This document shows, one piece after another, positions 1 through 9,082 of a DNA stretch of 20,741 nucleotides (positions within the stretch are counted from its first letter, which is position 1; every line of letters begins with the position of its first letter). This DNA is from Polyangiales bacterium. GTDB taxonomy: Bacteria; Myxococcota_A; Polyangia; Polyangiales; Polyangiaceae. The position numbers and the translations under genes are program-made. Below the pieces are notes generated by a model, which saw nothing but the letters and a program-made list of their open reading frames with translations, did no database searches and was not told where the DNA came from. The stretch is from assembly GCA_038230375.1 (NCBI GenBank), contig JBBRNJ010000120.1, positions 1 to 20,741 on the forward strand. The letters run 5' to 3'.

Positions 1-102
1 CAGGCCGCATTTCAGACGCTCCTTGGTCTCGGAACCAGCCAGGGGCCCACGACCTACAAGCAGATCCAAAAGGCAGAACGACAACCGCCCCACAAGCGGT
101 AG
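1..102 (+). CDS. C-terminal fragment of a probable IS1595-family transposase (5'-truncated by the window edge)
   Basis: Frame +1 reads QAAFQTLLGLGTSQGPTTYKQIQKAERQPPHKR* (TAG 100-102). It is absent from the ORF track because it lacks a start. AAFQTLLGL...PTTY resembles IS1595-family transposase C-termini as I recall them. The region is visibly less GC-rich than the rest. Confidence 0.6.
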   Translation, partial: QAAFQTLLGLGTSQGPTTYKQIQKAERQPPHKR

Positions 103-129
103 CGGCGAGCTGAAACAACCGGACAAGCA
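1..129 (+). mobile_element. Right end of a putative IS1595-family insertion sequence; candidate terminal IR at about 109-129 (GCTGAAACAACCGGACAAGCA)
   Basis: A transposase-like C-terminus is followed within about 7 nt by a sequence resembling IS1595-family ends (recalled pattern). The left end is outside the window, so the IR pairing cannot be confirmed. Confidence 0.5.
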
Positions 130-137
130 GGAGCTAG

Positions 138-839
138 CTAGCGAAGTTCCTTCAGCACCATGTCTGCTTCCTCCACGGAGAAGAAGAGCCCGCGCGCGTA
201 GAGCCGCACGCGGTCCGCCTCCGAGAGATCGCCTTCGCGGCCATTCGTGGCTGCCGCGAGCAAGATCGCCGCGGTGACACTGACGTTCAGGCTCTCGATG
301 AAGCCGCGCATGGGAACGCGCACGCGTCCGCTGCACGCAGCCATGACGTCCGGGCCCACGCCGTTGCGTTCGTTGCCCATGACCACCGCGACCCGCGGGA
401 TTCGCGCCAGATCCTCCGGCAGCAGCTCGCCTTCGGGATGCGCGGCGACGAGCGTGTGGCCGCTGACTCGCAGCTCCTCGACGACGGTGTCCGCGGTGAC
501 GTGCGAGCACACGTCGATCCATTTCTCCGCGCCCCGGGTCACGGAGGGCGCGGCAAGGAAGGTGATCGTGCGCTCGATCACGTGGAGCCGTTGAACGCCG
601 AATGCCTCGCACGACCGGATGATCGCAGCGCCGTTGTGCGGGTCGTATGGCGAGTCGAACACCACCGTCACGCTGTCGAGGCGTTTCGCCAGGACGGCCC
701 TGATTCGCTCGGCGCGACGCTCGAGCACGAGCGGCTCCAGCTTGCGGATGACCTCCAAAGGCGCGTGCGATTCCGCCTGCTTCACCCGATCCGGGAGAAG
801 CTGCGTGCTGTCTACGTTGCCAGGAGTGGTACGTCGCAT
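138..839 (-). CDS. trmH: SPOUT/SpoU-family RNA 2'-O-methyltransferase, TrmH-like (tRNA Gm18)
   Basis: SpoU motifs: DPHNGAAIIRSCEAFG, GAEKW, VMGNERNGV, VPMRGFIESLNVSV. Start placed at ATG 839 (MRRTTPG); the ORF-track extension to 962 overlaps the divergent gene. Confidence 0.85.
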   Translation of the reverse strand: MRRTTPGNVDSTQLLPDRVKQAESHAPLEVIRKLEPLVLERRAERIRAVLAKRLDSVTVVFDSPYDPHNGAAIIRSCEAFGVQRLHVIERTITFLAAPSVTRGAEKWIDVCSHVTADTVVEELRVSGHTLVAAHPEGELLPEDLARIPRVAVVMGNERNGVGPDVMAACSGRVRVPMRGFIESLNVSVTAAILLAAATNGREGDLSEADRVRLYARGLFFSVEEADMVLKELR

Positions 840-889
840 GGTCCGAACCCCGCCAAGTTTTAGGGGGATTCCCGGGGCTTGGCTATCAT

Positions 890-939
890 GGACCGGGTCG
901 GTCCCACTTCCATAAGTGAGCCCGGTCCGCGCTTTTTTT
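890..939 (+). promoter_or_regulatory. Terminator-like hairpin plus T7 tract directly upstream of the tamB-like gene
   Basis: GGACCGGG (890-897) pairs with CCCGGTCC (921-928) around an inner CACTT-CCAT-AAGTG stem. TTTTTTT lies at 933-939. A -10-like TATCAT lies at 884-889. Confidence 0.35.
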
Positions 940-941
940 CG

Positions 942-3900
942 ATGAATCGAGAGACCAGACACACCGCGCTACCGCCGATGCGCAAAGCACGCCGCCGAAA
1001 TTGGGGGCGGCTCTTCGCGCGGCTGCTCTGCGTGCTGTTTGCGGTGATGGGGCTCTTGCCGGTCTCCGCGGGGCTCGTGCTGCGCTCCCAGTGGGCGCGC
1101 GGCGTGGCCACACGCGAGACGGCAAAGCTCTTGAAGGAGCAGGGCATCACGGCCTCGTACGCCGTGTACGTGCGGCTCCTGCCGCTGTCGATCGTGCTGA
1201 CGAACGTGCGCGTCGAGTCGACGGACGGCGGCGGGCCGGTCGTGGTCGCGCCGCAGATCATCGCCAAGCCGCGCCTGTTCGCGCTGCTGTCGGGCAAGCT
1301 CGTCATCGACCAGCTGGAGCTCGACGCGCCGAAGGTACGGCTGGTCTACGGGCAGGACGAGATCAAGAACCTGGGCTTCAAGCTCCCCACCACCAAGAAG
1401 GACTCAGAGAAGAGGCCCTTCCACGCGCCGTTCTCTGTTGTGTCGCTCACGGACGCGGATCTCGATCTCGACTTCGAGGGCATCCACACGGTCGCGAAGG
1501 AGATCGACGCGGACATCACCGCGTTCGAGCTGGACAAGAGAGAGGGCTCGTCGTTCGAGGTCGCGGCGCGCATATCGGAGGCGAGGGTCCAGAACATTCG
1601 CGTCGAGGGCGATCCGAAGAGCGTGCATCTGCAGAAGGTCTCCGTGGACGACGACATGCTCTGCAACATCGACGCGCGCATCCGCATCGAACCCACGCGG
1701 CTCCTCGTGCGGCGCTTCACGGCGGTGGGCTCGGCGGACCTGGACGCCATCGATGAATCGTGGCTTGGCTGCAACCTGCCGCCGGAGGACTGGCGTCGCC
1801 TGGAGCTCTCGCTCCATCAGCTGAGCGTGGAGCTGCCGGAGAAGGAGGGGACCCCGGCGCACATCTCGGGACGGATCGGCTTGCGCGCGCCGGTCCCGCT
1901 CGTGAACCGCCTCCCCGACACGCCGCACCTCGAAGGGTGGGTCGCGCTGTCGACGGACGTGACGTACAGCGGCCCGCTCTCCTTTGACAAGGGCATCGAG
2001 ATCCTGCCCGAGATGACGGGTCACTTCGAGGCGCACGACATCAGGGTGACGAAGTTCAAGTTCGCGCAGGAGGTCCAGACGGACTTCGTGGTGCACAAGA
2101 ACATCTTCACGACCGACAAGCTCACGGTGAAGATCGCGGATGGCCTGGCCACGTTCTCGGGCGTACAGGTGAGCCCGCTTGCCAAGGGCATTCCGCTCAA
2201 GGCCAAGCTGGAGGTGCAGAATGCAAGCTTCTTCCGCCTGCTCCAGGATCTGTCCGTGGCGCGTCATCCCCATGTGACCTGGGACATCAAGGACGTGCGC
2301 GCGGCGCAGGTGGTCGGGACCGCGCTTCCGCTCCACATCGATCTCGATCTCGTCGCGAAGACGGAGAACTTCGGCGTCTACACCGATGGCGTCGATCAGC
2401 CCGGTAAATCCAAGATCATGGGCATCGACTCCGCGCTGATCCAGAGCCACGTCGCCATCCGGCCCGACGGGCTCACGTTCACGCCGCTCCGGATCGATCT
2501 GCCTCACAGCAAGCTGGAGCGCGCCCTGGTCTACCTGGGCTTCGAGGAGATCCTGAAGGTCGACGTGGGCCAGGTCGATCTGGCCGTGGAGGACGTGTCG
2601 CCGATCGGCAACGTGAAGCTGTCCGGTCACGCGCAGGGCGAGGCCCACGTCACCGGGCACTTCACGTCCCCCGTGATCGTCGCGGACCTCGGCATTGACC
2701 GCTTCGTGCTCGCCAACATTCCATTCGGCGACATCACGCAAGCGCACGGCGTCTTCAACGGGCAGTGGGTGGAGCTCACGCAGGTGAAGGCCGTGAAGGG
2801 CAAGAGCGAGTACGGCATGCCCACCGGCCGCATCGACCTCCGGCCACCTTCCAAGCTGCGATTCGACAGCACCATCACGAGCGACAAGTTCGTGATGAAG
2901 GATCTCCTCTCGCTCTTCCACCTGGAGGATGACCCGCGCTTCGCCCAGATCGACGGCGTCATCCACACGTCCGCGAGCGTGGGTGTGATCCTTGGTGGAC
3001 CCGAGGACGTGTGCAGCGCAGGCCGCGTGAACGTGGAGGCCACCGCGCAGGTGGTGAACCTCAAGCTGTACGGAGAGCACTTCGACGACGCACACCTGGA
3101 CTTCGACTACCGCTCGCTCGACGGGCAAGCGGGAATGCGTGGCGTCGAGCTGGACGCGCGTGGGATCACGCTCCACAAGGTGCACGAGCAGGGCAAGGCG
3201 CCGGTGGGCTTCATCATCGGCTCCGCGCAGATCCAGCGCGGAGGCGCCATGCATGGCCAGCTCATGATGGAGTCGATGCCGCTCTCGCGGATCGATCTCC
3301 TTGGCAAGGCGAACAAATCCATCGACGGCGCTCTCTCCGGCATCGCCCGCATCTCCGGCGACGTGGACAACTGGGACGTGCAGTCCGACCTGGATCTCAC
3401 GCCGCTGCGGGTCGGCAGCGCCAAGCTCGGCGCATCGCACGTGCACTTCGGCATGACGCAGGTGAGCAAGCCCACGACACCCGTCGGCAAGACCCAGTGC
3501 GGCGCGCCCATCCTTCCGCAGTTCGACAAGGAGGCATGGGTCAAGGACACATCCTCGGTGGGCGACTACATCCTGGACGGCGACCTGTTCGACAAGGAAG
3601 TGCACCTCACGGACGTGCGCATCTCCCGTCAGAAGTCGGCGGCGCTCACGGGACAGGTCGCGATCAATCGCTTCAACCTCACGAACCTGTCGCGCATCCT
3701 CTTGCCGGACACCGGCGTGAACGACGACGGCACGCCAGCGGATAGCTTCGGCGGCGAGCTCTCTGGCGATCTCCTGCTCACGAAGGTGCGGCTGGATGAC
3801 ATGCAACATGCACAGATTCGCTTCTCGCCGCGCGCGCTGGTCGTGAAGCGCGGCGCGCAGGTGCTTGCACTGCGGCCCAACACCAGCCCCGTCGTGCTGG

Positions 3901-5435
3901 ACGCGGACACGCTCAGCCTGCCCGAGCTCACGCTCGATCTCGCGGCGCAGAACGGCCTCACGGGCGCGGTCGCGATCGGCGGCACGGTGTCGAAGGTGTT
4001 CACTGCGCCGGAGCTGGATCTCTCGGCGGATCTCTCGCCGATCGATCTGGGGTTCCTCGTGGGCGCGGTCCCCAAGCTCACGCGCGCCGTGGGCACGCTC
4101 AAGGGCTCGCTACGGCTGAAGGGACGGACGTCCGAGCCGAACCTGGACGGCGCGCTCTATGTGCGCGGTGGCGAGTTCGTGGTGACGGGCCTGCCGAGCC
4201 CCATCTCCGGCGTGGAGATCGATCTTCGAGCGAACTCGAACGAGGCGCAGATCACGCGCGCCGTGGGCCGGTTCGCGGGCGGCGACCTTGCGCTCGCTGG
4301 ACGCACGTCGCTCCGCGGAGCGAACTTCGGCGTGACCGACGGCAACGTGAGCGCGCGCAACCTGCATTTTGCCCCGTCCGAGGGCGTGAGCGCCACGGTC
4401 GACGCGGATCTGCGTGTGGCCTACAACGCGCAGTCCACCGGAGGTCCGCAGGCGCGCCTGCCGCACATCTCGGGCGACATCACCGTCACGTCGTTCGACT
4501 ACACGCGGCCCACGAACATCGTCCCCGACATCGGCGGCTTCAAGGTGGGCGCGCGCCGCACCGTCGTCGACAGCTACGATCCCACCCTGGACAGCGTGGT
4601 GCTCGGGCCGGACCTCAGGATCCGCTCGCGCGGCGCGCTCCGCATCCGCAACAACCTGGCAGAGGTGTCACTCGCGGTGGATCCCCGCGGGCTCGAGCTC
4701 TCTGGGACGAACCAGCGCATCGGTCTCCGCGGCGAGGTGGGCACGCTGCCCGGCGGCCGCTTCCACTTGCTCGCGAACGACTTCGAGGTCCGCCGCGCCG
4801 TCGTCACCTTCGACGACGCCACGCGCATCGCGCCCAAGGTCGACGTGCTCGCGACCACCGAATACAGGCGCTACTCCAACTCGAACACCCAGGGCGGCAC
4901 TGCTGCGGGCGCGACCGCCACGGCAGGCCGCACGAACGGGCTGTGGCGCATCTCCCTGCATGCCTATGGCGACACGGAAGATCTTCGCCTGGACATGACG
5001 AGCGATCCGGCGCTCTCGCAGGAGGACGTGTTCCTGCTCCTCACCATTGGCCTCACGCGCGCAGAGGTCGACCAGGTGCAGGCCGGCAGTGTGTACGCGA
5101 GCGCCGCGTTCGAGGCCCTCGGTACGGCAACGGGCGCGGATCGCGCTGTAAAAAAGGCCATTCCCGTCATCGACGACTTCCGCTTTGGCAGCGCCTACTC
5201 GCCGCGAACGGGCCGCACGGAGCCGCAGGTCACCGTCGGAAGGAGGATCTCGGACGACGTCCGGGCGAGCATAACCACGGGCCTGTCCGAGGACAGGCAG
5301 CTCCGCTCCAACGTCGAATGGCGCCTCTCCCAGAAGGTCTCCGTCCAGGGCTCGTACGACAACATCACGACCCTCTCGTCGTCTTCCATCGGCAACGTGG
5401 GCTTGGACTTCCGCTGGCGACTCGAATTCGAGTAA
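942..5435 (+). CDS. tamB: TamB/AsmA-like translocation and assembly module protein (bridge-like), about 1490 aa
   Basis: Basic N-terminus with a single hydrophobic anchor (RLLCVLFAVMGLLPVSAGLVL), a long beta-rich body, and a TamB-type C-terminus (LRIRNNLAEV, LDMTSDPALSQEDVFLLLTIG, QVTVGRRISDD, GLDFRWRLEFE). It lies next to an Omp85 gene. Start is ATG 942 or ATG 978. Confidence 0.85.
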   Translation: MNRETRHTALPPMRKARRRNWGRLFARLLCVLFAVMGLLPVSAGLVLRSQWARGVATRETAKLLKEQGITASYAVYVRLLPLSIVLTNVRVESTDGGGPVVVAPQIIAKPRLFALLSGKLVIDQLELDAPKVRLVYGQDEIKNLGFKLPTTKKDSEKRPFHAPFSVVSLTDADLDLDFEGIHTVAKEIDADITAFELDKREGSSFEVAARISEARVQNIRVEGDPKSVHLQKVSVDDDMLCNIDARIRIEPTRLLVRRFTAVGSADLDAIDESWLGCNLPPEDWRRLELSLHQLSVELPEKEGTPAHISGRIGLRAPVPLVNRLPDTPHLEGWVALSTDVTYSGPLSFDKGIEILPEMTGHFEAHDIRVTKFKFAQEVQTDFVVHKNIFTTDKLTVKIADGLATFSGVQVSPLAKGIPLKAKLEVQNASFFRLLQDLSVARHPHVTWDIKDVRAAQVVGTALPLHIDLDLVAKTENFGVYTDGVDQPGKSKIMGIDSALIQSHVAIRPDGLTFTPLRIDLPHSKLERALVYLGFEEILKVDVGQVDLAVEDVSPIGNVKLSGHAQGEAHVTGHFTSPVIVADLGIDRFVLANIPFGDITQAHGVFNGQWVELTQVKAVKGKSEYGMPTGRIDLRPPSKLRFDSTITSDKFVMKDLLSLFHLEDDPRFAQIDGVIHTSASVGVILGGPEDVCSAGRVNVEATAQVVNLKLYGEHFDDAHLDFDYRSLDGQAGMRGVELDARGITLHKVHEQGKAPVGFIIGSAQIQRGGAMHGQLMMESMPLSRIDLLGKANKSIDGALSGIARISGDVDNWDVQSDLDLTPLRVGSAKLGASHVHFGMTQVSKPTTPVGKTQCGAPILPQFDKEAWVKDTSSVGDYILDGDLFDKEVHLTDVRISRQKSAALTGQVAINRFNLTNLSRILLPDTGVNDDGTPADSFGGELSGDLLLTKVRLDDMQHAQIRFSPRALVVKRGAQVLALRPNTSPVVLDADTLSLPELTLDLAAQNGLTGAVAIGGTVSKVFTAPELDLSADLSPIDLGFLVGAVPKLTRAVGTLKGSLRLKGRTSEPNLDGALYVRGGEFVVTGLPSPISGVEIDLRANSNEAQITRAVGRFAGGDLALAGRTSLRGANFGVTDGNVSARNLHFAPSEGVSATVDADLRVAYNAQSTGGPQARLPHISGDITVTSFDYTRPTNIVPDIGGFKVGARRTVVDSYDPTLDSVVLGPDLRIRSRGALRIRNNLAEVSLAVDPRGLELSGTNQRIGLRGEVGTLPGGRFHLLANDFEVRRAVVTFDDATRIAPKVDVLATTEYRRYSNSNTQGGTAAGATATAGRTNGLWRISLHAYGDTEDLRLDMTSDPALSQEDVFLLLTIGLTRAEVDQVQAGSVYASAAFEALGTATGADRAVKKAIPVIDDFRFGSAYSPRTGRTEPQVTVGRRISDDVRASITTGLSEDRQLRSNVEWRLSQKVSVQGSYDNITTLSSSSIGNVGLDFRWRLEFE

Positions 5436-5446
5436 GTCTGGCTCAG

Positions 5447-8400
5447 ATGCTCGCGCTGCGAAGACGGACGTCCACGGGGCGGCACAGCGCACTTGCGCTC
5501 GCGTGGCTCATGGTCCTGCTGCCTTTGATGTTCGGGATGCCGGCCCGCGCAGACGAGTCGCCGACGTTGGCGCCCGTCGTCTCTCCGCCGGTGGACGTGC
5601 ACGCCTTCGTTGGCAAGACCGTGAGCGCCGTGGACATCTCCGTCGCGCAGTCCGGCTGGCCGGAGTCGAAGAAGCCTGAGGTCCACGCGCTGCGTCCCAG
5701 CGACGTGCTCACGATGGACAAGGTCCGCGCGGCCATGGAGGAGCTCCTCGCGAACGGCCAGTTCGCGGACGCGTCCGTCGTGGCGACCGAGGACGGGCGC
5801 GCCGCCGTGAAGATCCGGTTCATGGTGACGCCCAGGCGCATCATCGATTCGCTGCGCGTGGACCTTCACGGCTCGCCGCTCGACCGCGATGAGATCGTCC
5901 GCGAGGCAGACATCACCGACGGCGGCGAGCTCGTCGCGTCGAACGTTTCGGAGATCAAGCGGAGGGTGGAGGCGCTGGTCAAGAGGCGCGGCTTCCCGCA
6001 GCCCAAGGTCGTGATCTCGACGCGCGCCACCGACGACCCGTCCAAGGTGATCGCCCTGCTGGACGTGGATCCCGGCGACCCGGATGTCATCCAGACGCGC
6101 GTCTTCTACGTCATCGGGCGCGCGCCGCCGAACTTCGACGACGTGAAGCCCAAGTATCTCGTTCGCACCGGTGACCGCGCCGACGGCGTGACGCTCGACG
6201 CGGCCGACGTCGCGTTCCAGACATTGCTCGCACAACGCGGGTACTGGGCCTCACGTGTGTCGCACGACGTGATCACGTGGAACGGCGAGCGCGTGCTGCG
6301 CGTCCGCATCGAGCTGGGCTCGAAGAGCGTGACGCTGTTCGAGGGCAACGAGCGCTTCGATGCGACCGCGCTGGAGGCGGCGCTCGGACTCGAAGATGAG
6401 GCGGACCGCAGCCTTCTTCGCCTGACGCAGAAGCTCAAGGAGTTCTACGTGAAGCGCGGCTACCTGGACGTGGAGATCGGCGCGGAGACGCGCGTGGGTC
6501 GCCACGGGGAGCTCTTCGTGCTGGCGTTCAAGATCCGCGAGAACCCGCGCGTGTTCGTCACCGGGCGCACATACCCGTGCCTTCGGGACGCGGAGGTCAG
6601 GAACCTGTCGAACGGCGGCCCGCGCTCCCCCGCGGAGATCGGCGGCCAGATCGACAGCTACCTGGAAGAAGATCTGCCAGGCGGAGAGTTCATCGGAAAC
6701 CCGTCGCCGCGTGGCGTGGACAAGCTGACCGGGAGCGACCGCGCGCCGCTCCCACAGGGCGTACGCGTGCAGCCTGACGTGCTCGACCCGAACGCCGTCT
6801 ACGCACCCGAATCGTACGACACTGCGATCGCGCACGTGCAGGAGCTCTATCGCTCGGAGGGCTTTCTCTCGGCGCTGGTCGGGCCCGCGCAGGTCGTGCG
6901 CAAGCGTTGCTCCCCGAAGTCCGCGCCGGGCCACTGCGTGCCGCTCCCGCTCCCTGAGGGCAAGACGCCAGAGGTGTGTCCCTACGACGCCGCGAACCTG
7001 CCGCTGCCATCGCCGCCGATCTCTGGCTTGTATACGTGCACGCCCGATCCGGCGAAGAGCGTGGAGTGCGATCCGCAGGTGTCCGTGCGCATTCCCGTGA
7101 AGCTCGGCCCGCGCTCCATCCTCTACGACCTCTCCTTCCGCGGCGCGCGCTCCATCACGACGGAGGCCCTCTCGAACAGCGCGGGCCTCGCGCTGGGCGA
7201 CCCGGTCAACACGGTGAAGCTGGACGAGGCGCGCCGCAAGGTTCTCGAGCAGTACAAGGAGGAGGGCTTCGCCTTCGCAGACGTTCGCTACACGCTGGAG
7301 CCGTCACCCGACCACACGCGCGCGCGCGCACACTTCGACATCGTCGAGAACGAGCGCGTGATGGTCCGCGCGATCATCGTGCGCGGTAATCTGCGCACGG
7401 ACACGGACGTCGTGGAGAAGCGCATTGCCCTCAAGGTGGGCGAGCCGTTCCGCGCGAGCCTGGTGCAGAAGACGCAGGAGCGCATCGCCACGCTCAACGT
7501 GTTCTCGAGCGTCACCGTCGGCCTCGAATACCCGAACCTCCCCGATCGCAACAAGAACGTCATCGTCACGGTGGTGGAGAACCCGCGGCAGTACGTGGAG
7601 CTCAGGCCCGGCTTCTCCACGGGTGAAGGCTTCCGCGTCGCGTTCGAGTACGGCTACCGCAACCTCGGTGGCCGCGCGATCGGCTTCCAGAGCTTTGCGA
7701 CCGGCTCGTTCCTGCCCACGGAGCTCATCCTCGATCCGGTCGCTGCGCAGAACTACAAGGACCTCTCGGCGCTCGCGAGGCTCGGCTTTCGCGGCACGCT
7801 CGGCCTCACGTTCCCGGAGATCGGTCTCGGCCCGCTCGTGCGCGGCGGCGTGGACGCGCTCTTCGTCCACGACCTGCAGCGCGACTACTACATCACCAAG
7901 GGCGCCGCCGTTCCGAACCTCACGTTCCGACCGCGGCGCGGTGTGCAGATCGCGGTGTTCCAGAGCTTCGAATACAATATCGTCCGCATCTTCCAGGGGC
8001 AGACGATCGAGCAGTACTTGCGGCAGCAGATCGCGCTCAGCGGCTCCTCGGATCTTGCGCGTCGCCTGAACGTCCCCGATGGCAACAGCTTCGTCGTTGC
8101 AGAGCGCGTGGTGTTCACGTGGGACCGGCGCGACAATCCGTACAACGCGTCCACCGGCACGTACCTGGTGAGCGGCATCGAGCACGTGGACGCGTTCCCC
8201 GACAATGGCCCCACCACCGGCAACAACACGGGGCTCACGGCGAAGGCGCTGGAGAGCCATTTCGTGCGCTTCACGGAGACGATGACGGGCTACGTCCCGC
8301 TGCCCAAGGGCATCCGTCTCGCGGTGGGCGTGCGCCTTGGATACAACCGGCAGCTCGCGCAGGACTCCACGACCTACCCCGATCGGTTCTTCTTCCTCGG

Positions 8401-8920
8401 CGGCCCGGACTCCATGCGTGGCTGGCTCCAGAGCTCGTTCCTTCCGCAGGACGACGTGGACCGCGCGTTCGCGGATCGCAATCAGCCGGACCTCGTGGAC
8501 GCGGGCGCATCGTCGAAGACGAACAACCCCGACCCCTGCCTGCCGCCAGGGCCGTGCATACCGAATCCGCAGAAGTACACGGTGCTCAGCCGTCCCATCC
8601 GCGGCGGCGATCTCATGTTCAATCCGAAGATCGAGCTGCGCATCCCCATCAGGAACCCGATCGAGACCGCCCTCTTCGCGGACATCGGCAACCTCTGGAT
8701 CGATCCGCTCTACCCGTTCAAGACGGGGCGCTTTCCCATGCGCGGCGCCATCGGCACCGGCATCCGCGTGCAGACGCCCGTGGGCCCGCTCGCCCTCGAC
8801 TACGGCATCAACGTGCTCAAGGCTGCAGAGGAGCTGAGCCTTGGCGGCGCCAATACGAAGGCCAAGGAATGGTGGTTCGAGGACCTGGGCGCCTTCAACT
8901 TTGCGATCGGCCTCTTCTGA
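5447..8920 (+). CDS. Omp85-family outer-membrane assembly factor (BamA/TamA-like) with about 7 POTRA domains, 1157 aa
   Basis: ATG 11 nt after the tamB stop; signal peptide ending ...PARA-D. POTRA motifs FEGNERF...YVKRGYLDVEI, YKEEGFAFADV, IIVRGNLRTD. Barrel motifs RFFFLGGPDSMRGW and GTGIRVQTPVGPLALDYG. C-terminal FNFAIGLF. Confidence 0.9.
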   Translation: MLALRRRTSTGRHSALALAWLMVLLPLMFGMPARADESPTLAPVVSPPVDVHAFVGKTVSAVDISVAQSGWPESKKPEVHALRPSDVLTMDKVRAAMEELLANGQFADASVVATEDGRAAVKIRFMVTPRRIIDSLRVDLHGSPLDRDEIVREADITDGGELVASNVSEIKRRVEALVKRRGFPQPKVVISTRATDDPSKVIALLDVDPGDPDVIQTRVFYVIGRAPPNFDDVKPKYLVRTGDRADGVTLDAADVAFQTLLAQRGYWASRVSHDVITWNGERVLRVRIELGSKSVTLFEGNERFDATALEAALGLEDEADRSLLRLTQKLKEFYVKRGYLDVEIGAETRVGRHGELFVLAFKIRENPRVFVTGRTYPCLRDAEVRNLSNGGPRSPAEIGGQIDSYLEEDLPGGEFIGNPSPRGVDKLTGSDRAPLPQGVRVQPDVLDPNAVYAPESYDTAIAHVQELYRSEGFLSALVGPAQVVRKRCSPKSAPGHCVPLPLPEGKTPEVCPYDAANLPLPSPPISGLYTCTPDPAKSVECDPQVSVRIPVKLGPRSILYDLSFRGARSITTEALSNSAGLALGDPVNTVKLDEARRKVLEQYKEEGFAFADVRYTLEPSPDHTRARAHFDIVENERVMVRAIIVRGNLRTDTDVVEKRIALKVGEPFRASLVQKTQERIATLNVFSSVTVGLEYPNLPDRNKNVIVTVVENPRQYVELRPGFSTGEGFRVAFEYGYRNLGGRAIGFQSFATGSFLPTELILDPVAAQNYKDLSALARLGFRGTLGLTFPEIGLGPLVRGGVDALFVHDLQRDYYITKGAAVPNLTFRPRRGVQIAVFQSFEYNIVRIFQGQTIEQYLRQQIALSGSSDLARRLNVPDGNSFVVAERVVFTWDRRDNPYNASTGTYLVSGIEHVDAFPDNGPTTGNNTGLTAKALESHFVRFTETMTGYVPLPKGIRLAVGVRLGYNRQLAQDSTTYPDRFFFLGGPDSMRGWLQSSFLPQDDVDRAFADRNQPDLVDAGASSKTNNPDPCLPPGPCIPNPQKYTVLSRPIRGGDLMFNPKIELRIPIRNPIETALFADIGNLWIDPLYPFKTGRFPMRGAIGTGIRVQTPVGPLALDYGINVLKAAEELSLGGANTKAKEWWFEDLGAFNFAIGLF

Positions 8921-9053
8921 CGGCTCGCCTGACGGATGTTCAGGTGCCTGGGATTTGCAGTGTTCGGTGATGCACCATGCTGGCGCCCGGTGGTGGGCTC
9001 GACTAGTAAGGGCCCACGCGTGAGAGGCGTTCCGTGCGGGAATTCATTGTCGC

Positions 9054-9082
9054 TTGACAGCGAAAACCCCCGCGCGTAAGGT
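9054..9082 (+). promoter_or_regulatory. Sigma70-type promoter of rplM-rpsI
   Basis: Perfect TTGACA (9054-9059), 17-bp spacer, TAAGGT (9077-9082), followed by a GC-rich discriminator. SD-like GAGGA at 9126-9130. Confidence 0.8.

Noticed and set aside
23..277. 84-aa + strand ORF
   Set aside because: It overlaps trmH antisense and the IS end, and has no coding signature.
838..856. GGTCCGAACCCCGCCA resembling a tRNA 3' end or att site
   Set aside because: No TTCGA T-loop and no cloverleaf.
1404..3809. 801-aa antisense ORF inside tamB, and similar antisense ORFs inside the Omp85, SurA, bEBP and kinase genes
   Set aside because: Shadow ORFs expected from GC3-biased codons; no recognisable motifs.
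4943..5446. N-terminal extension of the Omp85 ORF overlapping tamB, suggesting a frameshift fusion
   Set aside because: tamB ends in a complete C-terminal motif, and the Omp85 has its own ATG and signal peptide at 5447.
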